DNA from: Callorhinchus milii
Taxonomy: Eukaryota
Direction: 5' to 3'
DNA length: 60,000 nt
Assembly (NCBI RefSeq): GCF_018977255.1
Contig: NW_024704742.1
Coordinates: 10,976,001-11,036,000, forward strand
Shown: positions 12,386 through 25,673 of the stretch, in pieces
Numbering within the stretch: position 1 is the first letter of the stretch
Layout of the letters: each line of letters starts with the position of its first letter
Position numbers and translations under genes: made by a program
Notes under the pieces: model-generated
Told to the model about the DNA's origin: nothing
The model's input: the letters and a program-made list of their open reading frames with translations, nothing else
Databases searched by the model: none

Positions 12386-12564
12386 TCCAGGGAAAATGCC
12401 TAATAGTTAATAGGCTTCTCTCCAAGGTCGAAAGGGTGGAAATTTAGAGAGGTGCGGTTTAACGTTTATTAAGGCAGAGCAGAAGGAACTTTGCATCTGG
12501 TCCTTGCTAATGCTTGACCTGGGAGCACTCATTGCTGATCATGCCAGGTAATATTGATGGATTC

Positions 12565-12870
12565 AGGAGGTTGAGGGGTGATATGATTGAGTTGTGAAAA
12601 TTAATGAAAGGTTCTGACAAAGAAAGTAAGAAATGATTCTTCACTCTGGTTGGAGAATCCAGAATAAGAGGACATAACTTCACGATTATTGCTGAGCTAT
12701 GGAATGAGGAGTCCAGAAAACATTTCTTTACACAAAAAGTTGTGAAATGTCAAAAAAAAACTTCATACTTAGTCAATTGAATTATTCAAGAGAGATAGGT
12801 ACTTCGTCAGGAACCAAAGTAAGTGATATAGATAAAACGCAGGAAAATGGAATGAAGGAGTTGTGGACTT
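12565..12870 (+). mobile_element. Old CR1 3' fragment
   Basis: GGAGGTTGAGGGGTGATATGATTGAG..GAATCCAGAATAAGAGGACATAAC..CATTTCTTTACACAAAAAGTTGTG. Confidence 0.65.
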
Positions 12871-13282
12871 AATAGAAAAGCGCACACAAAAGCATAAACT
12901 TCTTAATATATTTTTAAGTTTTCACAATATTGAATGCCCAAAGTGGAGAAAAAATTAATTTCCCAACATTAACACAGTAAATAAATAAATGTGCCACCAC
13001 TGATCATAAATGGAAAGAATTACCCATGTTGACTTGTATACTCAGTCTTTGTCTCTGGTCTTTACATTCTCCGTGAATGGTAAAGGAGAGTACTTCTATT
13101 AATACAATACTTACCACTGACACCGAGCTATGTGGGCTTGTGACTAGAGAAGGGAAATTGATAACATTCAAAGGGATCTGGACAAATTAAATAGATGGGC
13201 TGAGGAATGATCGATGGATGTTACAGTAGGAAGATGTGAGGTAATGCACAACAGATCAGGAAAGCTTAAGGGAAATTTGCTT

Positions 13283-13557
13283 TAATAATCCCTCAAAAAA
13301 AACAATAATAAATTGGTCATTTCAATTCATGACTGTTTGTGGGATACTGCTGTGTGCAATTGGCTGCTACATTTCGCCCACAAATATACAGTCAATTCAC
13401 TTTACAGTCTATTCTGTGAAGCGCTTTGAGAAGTCTCGAAGACGTGAAAGGCGCGATATCAAATGCAAGGTTTATTATTATTGTTATTATTATTATTATT
13501 ACCTTGTTGGCTGCCAAGGTCAGTAAATGCAAGGATTATTATTATTATTATTATTAT
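13283..13557 (+). mobile_element. 5'-truncated SINE followed by a second isolated SINE tail
   Basis: Deu block and tail AAATGCAAGG(TTA)n ending ~13501; second AAATGCAAGGA(TTA)n at 13525-13557. Confidence 0.85.
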
Positions 13558-14347
13558 AAATGTACAAACAAAGCAAAGAATCACCCTTTTAATATCTGAA
13601 CAATAGGCAAGGATTCATTGATAAAGTTTGACAAGGTGGATTTGAGTGTATGATTGAGTTTGAATCTAATTAATTTACTGAAGATCTTCAGTCTGTTATG
13701 AAAAAGCTTAATCAAGTCTTTATAATTGTAACATGTATCTAGTGTATAGCTTCGATAATATCCAATGTCTCAAAGAGTTTCACAGAATATCTGCAAAATG
13801 TAGTGACTTTGATTTGTAGTAATGATTAATTTTATCTGGAGGACTGTTGGCCAGGACACTGGGAGAAACTCCTTTATCTTGGAATGCGAATGATGCTTCT
13901 CAATACACTTGATTATAATATGGATCAATTTATTATAACACTCTGTAGTGTTGTGTAGTGATAAGGCCATACCGAATATGATGTGTGCAATTTTGAGCAT
14001 TTTATTTAAAGGATTTTTCTATAAACTGTCTTTACTTTCAAGGTAATTTATTTTTTGTACAATTTCTAAAATCTTCCATTTTACATAAATCACAATTGGA
14101 AATGCACATCCAAGTCAGGACTGAGTAAGGAACAATGTTGTTGAAAGGAGTAGAGTCATTAATGAAAGGAGTTGGGCTAGGAGTGGAGTAATTGCAGTTC
14201 TGAGTACTGAGAAGATTTGTTGAGTTCTCAAAAGCTAAGCCCATGTATTTAGAATACTTTTGCTTTTGTGTATTCACAGAAAACAGAATTGATCTATCAC
14301 ATAGTTTACTGGGTATTACAATACAATATTCATTGTAATGAAATTTC

Positions 14348-14740
14348 ATAATAATCCTTGCATTTGATATAACACCTTATCATATCCCCGAGATGGCTCA
14401 AAGCCCTTCACAAGATATACTTTAAAGTGGATTGACTATATTTTGTGGGCAAAACGTGGCAGCCAGTTACACACAGCAATGTACCACCAACAGCTGTGTA
14501 GTGAATGACCAATTTTATTTGGGGGATTGTTGATGCGGACACCGGAAGAAACTCCCTTCTCTTTCTGAATGGTACCATGGAAGGTGCCATACTTCAGAAT
14601 AGACACTAAACCATGGTCCCATTGACCTGCTCAGATGAACAGGCAGATGGGACCTCGGTTTAACATCTCATCTGAAGGATGGCATGTCCGACGATGCAAC
14701 ACACCCACCCAGCACTGCATTGGAGTGTCATCTTAGACTT
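14348..14740 (-). mobile_element. Old DeuSINE (rearranged)
   Basis: Tail, Deu block and AACAGGCAGATGGGACCTCGGTTTAACATCTCATCTGAAGGATGGCA. Confidence 0.78.
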
Positions 14741-14839
14741 TACTTATGTATCGGAAGGTTTGGAATAGTATTGAAATAATAATCCTTGAATTTGATAAAT
14801 AATAAATAAATGTATTTAATAATAAATAATAAATACGAG

Positions 14840-15190
14840 CATTATTATTATTTAATATAGCACTTTATCACATCTTTGAGACATCTCAAAGCGCTTCACA
14901 GAATATACTGTAAATTGACTGTATATTTTGTGGGCGAATTAGGCAGCCAATTGCGCACAGCAGTGTCCCACAAACAGTCGGGGATTGAGTGACCGAATTT
15001 TTTTTGAAGGAATTATTACCCCCGGAAAAGCAATCTGCCAATCAACTAACAACCGGGTTGCTACTTACTGCTAGGTAAACAGAGGCGTGTGGAGTAAGGA
15101 AACTCTCCCAACATTTCGCCCTGCCAGGAATCAAACCCAGGTCTCTCGCTTGCGAGGAAAGCGCTCTAACCACTGAGCTACAGGATTCCA
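14840..15190 (-). mobile_element. tRNA-derived SINE (medium subfamily), full length
   Basis: Ends CTCTAACCACTGAGCTACAGGATTCCA; contains CTTACTGCTAGGTAAACAGAGGCGTGTGGAGTAAGGAAAC. Confidence 0.9.
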
Positions 15191-16054
15191 TAACATGTTA
15201 CATACAAATATATATTATATCAAAGTATAAATATCTTATGGTCCATATACTGCAGGTGCTACTCATTGTGATACCAACCATAAATATCAAGAAAATGCAG
15301 CTTGATAGTTGCATTTACAGATACAGGTCTGTGCTGAGGTATGATAGTGGTGAGGGACGGTAATGGTAATAATTCACTCATCATTTCCACTTCTGCTAAT
15401 TTATTCAGTGATCCCCTGCTTAGAACATGGATGTCAAGTGAGTACAAGATCAGGCCTATCTGTGATGCCCTCTGTAGTAACAAAGCCTAATGATTGTCAT
15501 TAGTGTCGGAGCTCACATATGAAGAATGGCTACATGTATGAGGCACTCTAATTATTGTAGCCCAATGCTCAGGTGGTGTCTTCAGTCAGAAGAGAGAAGG
15601 AAAATAACAACCCAATGTTTTATATAAGGTTCAGAGAAACTGGTAGTTTTTGAAGGGATTAAATTGTTTCACTGAGCCACTCAGCTTTTCACGAATACCT
15701 CAACCTGCTGACTCAATTATTCTATTGGGAATTGTTTAGCACTCTGCTACATACTGTTTTATATGTAGCACAACACATTATTAAGTACCCATTGATATGT
15801 ATATTCAGCATTTCGTAGTGTTTCTGTTCACATGGCTCCCTTCCATTGCCGATGTATTTCTAAAGTGGGGCAGTCTTTTATATATAATATAGACAGTATA
15901 TATATCAGCAATTTGACATAATGAAACATATATAACTCATTTAACCTCTGACCATAATTCTGCTTAACAGATAACCAGAATTTTTAAATATATTCTCCTT
16001 CCCAAAATATTATTACCATGGGTATCCAAAATGTCCTAAAATAATAACATCCCT

Positions 16055-16530
16055 ATTGCTTCCAAGCTTCGTATTCAGGCGATGAAGGCTTTGGCCCATC
16101 AGACAATCCATTCGGTTTAGTTGATGTTCCAAGCATGACAGATATTCCTATCGCCTGGATGAATGTTTTGAGCATATTTGGATAGCCACTCCAGTCTTCT
16201 GGATTGATGTTCCTGGCTTATCATGCTGGACACCTGCTGAATTGTTGCCAAGCCTTACAGATATTCAAGTCTCCTGGGTTAATGTCCATCATACATTGGT
16301 CCCAAAAGCTCAATATTATGTTCCAGACCTGATGGACACTCAGGTCTCCTGAATTGAGGGTAAGAAATGAAAAATTACCTGGATTAACACTCTAAGCATT
16401 GACACACATCCTAGTCTTCTGGCCTCATGATCTAGGAACCATGATGATGCTCTTGATTGCCTAAGATGAATGATCTAAGCTGCAGACTATGGTTTATGTA
16501 ACCCATAATGAAAACTTCAGTCTCCTAAAT
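16055..16530. repeat. Decayed tandem array, unit ~37-44 bp (about 10 units)
   Basis: Recurring TT(G/A)ATGTTCCAAGC..ACAGA(T/C)A(T/C)TC..GTCT(C/T)CTGGA, e.g. units starting at 16121, 16160, 16204, 16242, 16279, 16316, 16384. Confidence 0.65.
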
Positions 16531-17214
16531 TAATTTAGGTTACCAAGGAGAGCACTCTAACCTCAAGTTAATAACCACCACTTTCCCCCAATCCAGGCTT
16601 GAAACAAGAGAGGAAGCTCATTTCTCTACTTAAAGTTGATCTATGACTTGCATTTAGCATAATGAAGAGAAGGGAAGCACCACTGAATGTTTCACTAACA
16701 CTTTCCTAGAGTGGACTTTAAGATATGAAGAAAGTCTCTTCACTCATCATGCATCGTTTAGCTGGCAGGTTAACTAGAGGAATGTTATTGCATCATTGAA
16801 GAATGTCACAACTTTGGTGAAATTTCAGTTCTCTTTGATGCTTTATTCTTCACTCATGAGCAGCACTGGACCGAGCTGAGGGCTTTGATTTTGATGGTGG
16901 AGGACAGAATGCTGGACTTAACGTAGAATTACGTAGACTGCACAGCATGGAAATAGGCCATTGGGCCCAACATGACTCACCTTTTTTATTCTCCGAGAAT
17001 CTTCCCCTCCTAATCCCCTCTCCCATATTCCCTCTATGACTCTCTGCTTTGTTATTTAAAACAGTGAAGCACCCGTGAACTCACAAACCCCTACAGCACT
17101 AGTGAGTAACACTACAATTGCAGAAAGGACAAGAAATCTTCACAGTGAGAATTGTATTTTATTCAGACTTGGTAGGTGCCTCACCAAATTGACTTTGCCA
17201 TGGCTTTGTGATAA

Positions 17215-17768
17215 ATAATAATAATCTTTACATTTGGTATGGAGCCTTTCATGTCATAGGATGGAGCATGAAGTGCAATGACTGTGTATGTTTTTTATTG
17301 GTGGCACGGCAGTCAATTTGTGCACAGCCATGTTCCACAAACAGCTGTTAAGTGAGTGACCATTCTTAATTGGGGAATTTTGAGCCTGAACTTCTGGAGA
17401 AACTCCCTTCTCTTCACATGGAGGCATACTCATCAAATGGATGGATATTAGTGTTAAAATATCCTGTAGCTCAGTGGTTGGAGCATGCGCCTAACAAGCG
17501 AGAGACCTGGGTTTGATTCCCTGCCGGGCAAGTAGGAACCCGGTTGTTGGTAGATCTTTTTCAGGGGTTGTAATTCCTTCCAAAAAATAAACAAATAAAT
17601 TGGTCACTCAATCCACGGCTGTTTGTGGGACACTGCTGTGTGCAATTGGCTGCCGTTTTTCACTCACAAAAATACAGTCAATTCACTTTACAGTATATTC
17701 TGTGAAGCGCTTCGAGACATCTCAAAGATGTGATAAGTGCTATATGAAATGCAAGAATTATTATTATA
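17215..17768. mobile_element. DeuSINE fragment (-, 17215-17415) and medium SINE (+, 17462-17768)
   Basis: TCCTGTAGCTCAGTGGTTGGAGCA head, Deu block and tail. Confidence 0.82.
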
Positions 17769-17929
17769 AAATATGTAAGAATTTCCATTTTTAATGTTAC
17801 CATTGCCCACTTATTTCTCAGGAATAGCTTGCTAACTTGCAAAACCTTCTGCTCCATCCCCACATCAGAGATTCATCTCTACTAACCTCATGTGACATTG
17901 CCTAATTTCCACATTAGCCACAATATTAA

Positions 17930-18410
17930 TTTGGTTCAGAAAATTGCATCCTCACCTCTGGTTCAGAGGTTGTGGGTTCAAGTCCCGTGTTAGGACTTTG
18001 ACACTCTGGGACAATGCTGAGGAGTGATGCAATGTCAGAGGTGCCATACGTCAGAATAGACATTGAACCATGCTTAGATGAACCACTAGCCTGCTCAGAT
18101 GAACATTATCGATTCCTTGGAACTGTTTGAAAAGTGAGTTTCTACTGCTGTCCTGATGAATTGAACATTCACTTCACGGCTGCTGCTGCTGCTGTTTTTT
18201 TTCATACAAATACACAGTTACTGTGCTTCCTGGTCAACATTCCCCCGAAATAAAATTGGTCACTCACTCCATGGCTGTTTGTGGGACATTGGCTACCGCG
18301 GTTCGCCCACAAAATACATAGTTCTACAGTATATTCTGTAAGGCACCTGTGAGACATCTCAATGATGTGATAAGGCAATATATCAAACATAAGGATTATT
18401 ATTATTATAA
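17930..18410 (+). mobile_element. Old full-body DeuSINE
   Basis: GGTTGTGGGTTCAAGTCCC head; GCAATGTCAGAGGTGCC; GCTGTTTGTGGGACATTGG; (TTA)n tail. Confidence 0.72.
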
Positions 18411-19199
18411 TGTGAAGTGCTTTGAATGGGAGCTGTTTTGACATTAAAGGTGCTAAATGAAATGAAATTAATAGTAATAAAGCTGTGGTTCTAAACTAGT
18501 CTGTTACATTTAAAGAACAAGAAGCTTTGCATAGAAACTACAGTTGTAATGTTTAATTTCAAGAATATTTGCCAAACATTTGGGATGATAAACGTACTGT
18601 TTCACAACTGATTAAATGTGGCATCACATGAAATGTGCTACGAAACATATCGTTTTCACATCCACTCGTAAACTTTGGATATGGACAGCCCAACTTCAAC
18701 ATAATGACTGATCCAAAGTCTCTTTTGTAAAAAAAAATCAGCATCATGGTTGCTGCTTAGAGGTGGACTATTTTTTCCCCAGGCCTGGAGCGTGCATTTG
18801 AGTTGTTACTTCCCAAGGTATTGATTGAATCAAATCAGTATTCCCATTTTTAGCTGCACTCAAAATACCATGTAGCACATTATTGCCTTGAAATATTTCA
18901 AAACACGAAGCTCTGTAATCAGGAGCACACATCTTCAAACTCAACAATGTGAGCCAAGGACTGTCCCCTGTTTATGGTTTATCAAAGCAGTATGCTTTGC
19001 ACTGCTCTGCACTGTACTGCATTATATCAAGTTATACAACATGTAGCTTTATGCCCACTTTCGAGTGAGGGGCCATTTCTGGCAAATTCTAAGTCTTTTG
19101 GGAACCACACTGTGTCTGTGGAATCTCATTTTGCGTAGAAAAATCGCAAGCAAAGAAAACCTTTTATTGAGTACTTGTTTTACGGAGGAGTCAAGGGAA

Positions 19200-19430
19200 T
19201 AGTCCAGCTTCAACCCCTACATTGGAAATTCAAGCTCAAGTTCAGGCTGACACTCCCCAGTGCAGTATTGAGTGAGTGCTACATTGTCAGAGGTGCCGTC
19301 CTTTGGTTAAGATGTTAAACTCAGGTTCTGTCTACCTGTTCAGGTGGATGTTCAATGTCCTTTAACACTTTTCAAAAAGTGATGGCCTACCATCCCCCAG
19401 ATAAAATTGGTTATTCGCTTTGTGGTGTCC
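19200..19430 (+). mobile_element. Old DeuSINE 5'/central part
   Basis: ATTGTCAGAGGTGCCGTCCTTTGGTTAAGATGTTAAAC..CCTGTTCAGGTGGATGTT resembles the AmnSINE1/SacSINE1 Deu domain as recalled. Confidence 0.75.
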
Positions 19431-19900
19431 TCTGCCCACATACTCAACCGTACTAAACTCGGAACACCCATCACATCAGTTCCAGCCAGGCTCCACTGGC
19501 TCCCAATCACTGAATGGATTGATTTCAAAATCCTTGCACTTGTTTTCAAATCCCTCATGTCCTGCCACCTCCCTACCTCTCCAACCTGCTTACCCCTGAA
19601 CCCACTACCCACTGCCTCTGCTCGACTGGCTCCAGCCTTCTGAATGTCCTTTGTGTCCTCCGTTCCACCATTGGTGGCTGTGCTTTCAGCCACTACGCCC
19701 CAAAACTCTGGAACACCCTTCCTCTCTCCCTCCGCCTTGCACCTTCCTTCCCCATCTTCAGATCACGCCTGAAGAGCTTCCTCTTCGACCGTGCCTACGG
19801 TCACCCTCCCTGGCTCGGTGTCGTACTCCACCTGTCAAACACTCTGGGACGCTACCCTGCATGAGAGGCGCTATATAAATGCAAGTTATTGTTGTTGTTG
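19430..19900 (+). mobile_element. L2 LINE 3' fragment (second L2 family)
   Basis: ITSVPARLHWLPITEWIDFKILALVFKSL; tail GAGGCGCTATATAAATGCAAGTTA(TTG)n. Confidence 0.85.
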
Positions 19901-20542
19901 CAGGATATTGCAATGTGTAAATTGGCTGCCATGTTTGCCCACAAATACATAGGGATTTTGAGGCATTTCAATTTACTGTATCAAATGCAAGGATTATTTT
20001 AATTATTTCAATCTCCTTGAAATGCCTCAAAACTGAGTTGCTTCGGCATGAAGAGACATTACGTATGAAAATGCAGCAGCTTTGAATATGTTAATAATAA
20101 TAATAACTTTAATATATTCTCCATAAATAGCTATTGGATGAATGACCAGTTCATTTGGGATTTTTTATTGATGAATTTAAGTGAAGGAGAAATCTTATAA
20201 TAATAATTTACATTTATACTGTGCCTTTCACATACAAATCTTTAAGTGCTGTATAATATCTAGTTGATTAGAAATGAAAATAATATTTTTACATAACCAA
20301 ATGTGGCCGCTAATCTTCACCAGCAACATCCCATAAACAATATTAATATTATTATAAGATGAATAGTCAATTAATTTGAATTTGGAGGTAACTTTAGAAT
20401 AAGAGGAGAATCTAAGCAGGATAAGCAAGAGAAAGACTCTTTGAACTTAAAACAGCAGGACAATCCCTTTACATCCATTTGAATGTAGGGGCTGGGGTGA
20501 AGGCCTTTCTCCATCTGAAACAATCTTGTGATCTATTTTACT

Positions 20543-20760
20543 GGAGCCCTGTAGCTCAGTGGTTAGAGCACTTGCCTTGCAAGTGAGACACGGGATTTGA
20601 TTCCTGGTAGGGTGAAATGATGGGCAAGTTTCCTTACTCCACGCGCCTCCACATGCCTCTGTTTAAGTGGGAACCCGGTTGTTAGTCAATTGGTGGATCA
20701 CTTTTTTCCGGGGGTAATAATTCCTTCAAAAAAATAATAATAATAAATAGATCACTCAAA
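20543..20760 (+). mobile_element. Medium SINE, 5' half
   Basis: GGAGCCCTGTAGCTCAGTGGTTAGAGCAC..GGGCAAGTTTCCTTACTCCAC. Confidence 0.85.
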
Positions 20761-22507
20761 AGACAGAACCTAGATCGATAATATCAAGTACAACAACAAC
20801 AAAATTATATTTGTAAAGATTTGTAAAATAGGATGAGGATCTGTAAATAATAAAATTCAGAATGGTACATGAGATCTTTCACAGATACCTTGACCACTAC
20901 ACAGGGATATGGTTTAATACAGAAATTGACAAATAGATCACCTGTTCCACTGCCTCAGCTTTCAACTCTTGCATTTAGGTCTGGGAACAGGATTCTTTCT
21001 CCAATTAGCTCTCATAATGAGAAGCAGTTGAGAGTCTTTGAACAAAGAGGACAGATGGTACCTATCTGTCATTGCACTGTGCAACCGTAGTCCTGCACTG
21101 AAGTGTCAGCCTAAACCATGAGCTAAATGTTGATGGGGGAAGGGGAATGAATTCAAAACCTTTAGACCCAGAGGCAAAAGTGTTACAAGCTGAGTCGATT
21201 GTTACAATGTGACATAAAGATTGGGACTGTATGCAATCATTCATTTGCTGGTGCTGTTTGAGTTAACAATTTAATTATTCTGAGTGACCTTTCTAATGGA
21301 AAACTATAATAATCATTAGCTACTTCATTCTCAGTCTGTTTTAATTGACCATGTTATGGTTGTCCCTTTTACAGACTTTATGTCAAGGGTAGGCAGGTTA
21401 TTTAGAATATGTTTGTGGATTAGTTATATACAATTCCAATGTGCTAATTGGTTAAATTGGTACAGAGAAACATGCTGCATCAACAACATTTGGGATTATA
21501 GGTCACACAGATAGTCAGGTGTCAGGAATTCAATTTCATTTTTAAAAGCCAACTCAATACAGCCTTTTTTGGAGACAGTTATTGAAAGTGTCTGCATTTA
21601 GAGAACAAATTAATTAAATGTGACAACTACAATAGGTGGGCTTTCAAGGAATTAAAGGCATAGTTTGTATTATTGTGATGCACTGCTTTTCCTCTCCTGA
21701 AAACAGAGTAACAGCCAAACCATGTAGGAAAATCTGTTGGATGTTTTTTCTTTTAATATCAATTCGCAGTTGTATCAGACAGAAACGATTAATAAATGAG
21801 ATCTCCAGTTTATCGCTGACAAACGTTCTTCATTTCTCCTATAGTCCCATTCATTCTGGTAAATCATGTATTCAGAGAATGACAGGCAGACCTTGGATAT
21901 ACTTCATTGTAACAATGTTAACCTGCAGCGGTGTATTTCATGCCCTCTAATGTGTTTACAGAATTTTACAGGCCTCTCAGAGTATCAGTAAGGAAATGTA
22001 TTTCATCCTTTTTTTTAACTCAGGGCTAAGTTTATTGATCTGGTCTCATGATTGTTTGGGGGCCAATATCAACTGACGACAGCTGCTGGAAGGCATTACC
22101 TGGAGTCTGGTTTGTGAACTTGTCAATGTATATCAGGGTAATAATTATTCACTTTGCTATGCAGAAAGCTCCACAATTACAACTGATGGAACCATTGCTT
22201 AATAGATAGAGTTGTAGGCAGAGGATGGTGGCAATGCTCTTTTGCTTTTCATGCTGAGTTGTGTTGCTCACCAAGAAGCTCACAGGGAGTTACTGATACC
22301 TGCTCAAACTTGTGCTTGTCAAATATTAAATGACCAACTGATGACTATGCTTCTCGGGGAGGGTGTCGAGGCTCTCCTTGGAGCTGAGCTGGCTCAAAAG
22401 TGACACCCATGGCAATGGAATGTCAGAATTGAGTCAACAGTGTCAGCAAGCAAGCAACTAAGAAGGCGAACGGCATGTTAGCATTCATTGTAAAAGGTTT
22501 AGAGTGC

Positions 22508-22836
22508 GTGGAGTCCTGTAGCTCAGTGGTTAGAGCACTCGCTTTGCAAGCGAAAGACCTGAGTTCAATTCCAGGCAGAGGGCGAAACCTTGGACAAGTT
22601 TCCTTACTCCACACAGAGCCTAATAATAATCCCTCAAAAAAAACAATAATAAATTGGTAATTTTCAATCTACGACTGTTTGTGGGACATTGCTATGCGCA
22701 ATTGGCTGCTGCGTTCGCCCACAAATATACAGTCAATTCACTTTACAGTGTGTTCTGTGAAGCGCTTCGGGACGTCCTCTCGACGTGAAAAGCGCTATAT
22801 TAAATGCAAGGATTATTATTATTATTATTATTATTA
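22508..22836 (+). mobile_element. Young tRNA-derived SINE, full length
   Basis: GTGGAGTCCTGTAGCTCAGTGGTTAGAGCACTCGCTTTGCAAGCGA head (Ala-TGC-like anticodon arm) through to (TTA)n. Confidence 0.95.
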
Positions 22837-22868
22837 CAAGAGTAGGGAAGTCTTGCTGCAACTGCATA

Positions 22869-23178
22869 GTGGAGTCCTGTAGCTCAGTGGTTAGAGCACT
22901 CGCTTTGCAAGCGAGAGACCTGAGTTCAATTCCAGGCAGAGGGCGAAACCTTGGGCAAGTTTCCTTACTCCACACAGAGCCTAATAATAATCCCTCCAAA
23001 TCCCCAAACAATAATAAATTGGTCATTTTCAATCTACTGTTTGTGGGACATTGCTGTGCGCAATTGGCTGCCGCGTTCGCCCACAAATATACAGTCAATT
23101 CAATTTACAGTATATTCTGTGAAGCGCTTTGGGACGTCTAGAGACGCGCTGTATCAAATGCAAGGATTATTATTATTA
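22869..23178 (+). mobile_element. Young tRNA-derived SINE, full length
   Basis: Same structure as 22508-22836; shares the CACAGAGCCTAATAATAATCCCTC variant. Confidence 0.95.
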
Positions 23179-25673
23179 TAGGGCCTTGGTAAGACCGCAC
23201 CTAAAGTATTGTGTGCAGTTTTGGTTTCCTTATTTAAAAAAGGTCATACTTGCCTTAGAGGAGGTGCAGCGACGATTCACTGGGATTAGGGGACTGACCT
23301 ATGCGGATAGGCTGAATAAAGTATTCTCTAGAGTACAGAAGAATTAGGGGAGATCTTATTGAAACATATAAGATTCTTAAAGGACTGGATAAAGTAGACA
23401 CTGAGGGACTGTTTCCCCTGGGAGGAGAACCTATAACCAGGGATCACAGTCTTAAAATTAAGGGTCAGCTTTTAGAACAGAGTTGAGGAAACATTTCTTC
23501 ACTCAGAGGGTAGTGAATTTGTGGAATTCACTACCTCAGAAGGCTGTAGATGCTCAGTCCTTGAACATCTTCAAGGCTGAGACTGATAGATTTTTTAAAA
23601 ATAGAGGGATTAGAGGATAGGGCAGGTAATTAGAGTTAGGTATGAAGATCAGCCATGATCTTATCGAATGGCGGGGCAGGCTCGAGGGCCCGAATGGCCT
23701 ACTCCTGCTCCTAATTCTTATGTTCTCTGTGTCCAGTCTTTGACTCATGCATGTCTGCACTACTCCAGGACATTGCTGATGAGAGACCAGATTGGCCTCC
23801 GTGTTTTCCTGTGAACACACACAGTCACTAAACTTGATAGCATTTCACTTTGAGACATTTGGATGTTATGGACGTATGCTATATCAAATGCAAGGATTAT
23901 GATTATTATCAGTATTGAATTTTTTTTATGTTTTCATTGTTTATTTTAGCAGATTAGGTTTAATAATACAGCATGAAGCTATTACTGATGCTTGAATACC
24001 GTAATAATTGTAATATTAATTTTTGAAGTACAATATTACAATGAATAACAACAACATTAAACTTGCCTTCAGATTGTGCCCTTTACGAAGGATAACTTCT
24101 CAAAGCACTTGACGGAGACTGTTGTGGCCATAATAAAAAATATTATAGAGAAGCCATTTTTTTATACCCTGCTGGCAGTCTAAGGATTAAGATGGTAATA
24201 TAAAATATGAAGCAATGTTAATGCATCATGATTATTTGAGGTGCATAAAATTAGAAGGCTGGAATATTAGATTTATTTTTATTTGTGAATGTGTTTAACA
24301 AGCGGAAAATCTAAGCCACAGTGGTGACTTTACATCATTTACTCTCTCACAAATTACTCTGAATATTTCTTAGCCATCTACTTTTCTGATGGCGATATTC
24401 GCTGTTTATTTAGGTCAATGTGGAGGGAACAGCTGAGTTTGTAGGGATGCAGGAGGTCACAGAGGTAGGATGGAGTGAATACAAAATACAGATCTTGAAT
24501 TTAATCAGCTGGGGAATGGGGAGCCAGTGGAGCTGAACGAGAGGTTCAGGTGAGAGGCTCACTGAACTTCGTGCAGGAGAGGACACAAATTGTTCCAGAT
24601 GCTCTGTAGCTTGTGTAGTGATGAGCTGGAGAATGTTTAGTTTATCAAATGCAAGGAATCTTATTAGTTATTATTAATGCTGACAGCCAAGTATTAGCAA
24701 CAGTTCTGACAATACCATATCACTCGTGTTGCATTGGCACAAATACTCTCACCACATTAGAAAATGTTTTCTTTCCAAGTCTTTTACTCACCAATATTTG
24801 GAAGCAGACATTGACAGATGGTCAGTTGGTGTTCGCACAGTGCCAGATATACATAGAAAACTTCAACGAGTGTTTGATTTAAATGCCCATCTATCAACTG
24901 CAATGAAACAGTCAATTAAGCAAAGCCACCCTATTTTGGGGGCTTTATTTCAGTGTAAAGTAATAGACATGAGATTTGAAAATTATCAACTGGTGTGATT
25001 GCAATTTCAGTCATTATGTTAATTATCAAATTACATATAGTAATTTTCACTCAACAGTGCAAGATTAATATCCAACATATAATAAATGGGCATGCCACTT
25101 ATTGGTTTTAATCATTAAAACATTTGCCCCCAAAATATAATCAAATCACTTTACAGTATATCCTGTGAAGTGCTTTGAGATGTCTCGACAAAGTGATAAC
25201 GTGCTGTATCAATGCAAGGATTATTTATTATTAAATTAGTCTTTATCATTTTTTCACAATTTTCTCCAAATTGAGGGAAATGAATTCCCACCATCAAACA
25301 TCTTTTTTCTTAGCTTTTTTCATAATGTTTTGAGCTATAAAAATGGCTTATTTCCAGGTTGTAAGGTCAGCGAGAGTGTCAGTTCCTATGCGATGCACAT
25401 ACACACTATCTGCAGGGCACAAATGGCACTTCCTGAACAACTCACTTTATAGCTTCCCATGTGCTGAAAATCACTAAAGTCATGTGGGTCATTAGATTGC
25501 TGTTGAGATCACTTCCTGCTTTTCACATGCACAGCATAAATCATGGCTGTTTGATGGCATTCATGTGTGCAAATTGGTTGCTGCATTCACCCATAAAACA
25601 CAGTCAGATTAACTCCTTTATTTCAGTTAAAGGAGCTAAGCTATATACTTTGCTGACACTATCTGAAACCGCC

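Larger units (their letters stand above)
22430..23727 (+). mobile_element. CR1 LINE 3' end (family A) carrying two young SINE insertions
   Basis: Colinear with 57320-57957 once 22508-22836 and 22869-23178 are removed; [15 protein letters not shown]; family A 3' UTR. Confidence 0.9.

Noticed and set aside
13024..13097. Minus-strand exon EVLSFTIHGECKDQRQRLSIQVNM
   Set aside because: No pyrimidine tract at the acceptor and the peptide is not recognised.
16121..16359. Coding exon (TTTAG acceptor, GAGG|GTAAGA donor) or CRISPR-like array
   Set aside because: Stops occur in all three frames; the units are contiguous and degenerate with no repeat-spacer structure; the context is vertebrate with no cas genes.
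22508..22585. tRNA-Ala(TGC) gene
   Set aside because: The tRNA-like sequence is a SINE head that continues into the SINE body and recurs in many copies.
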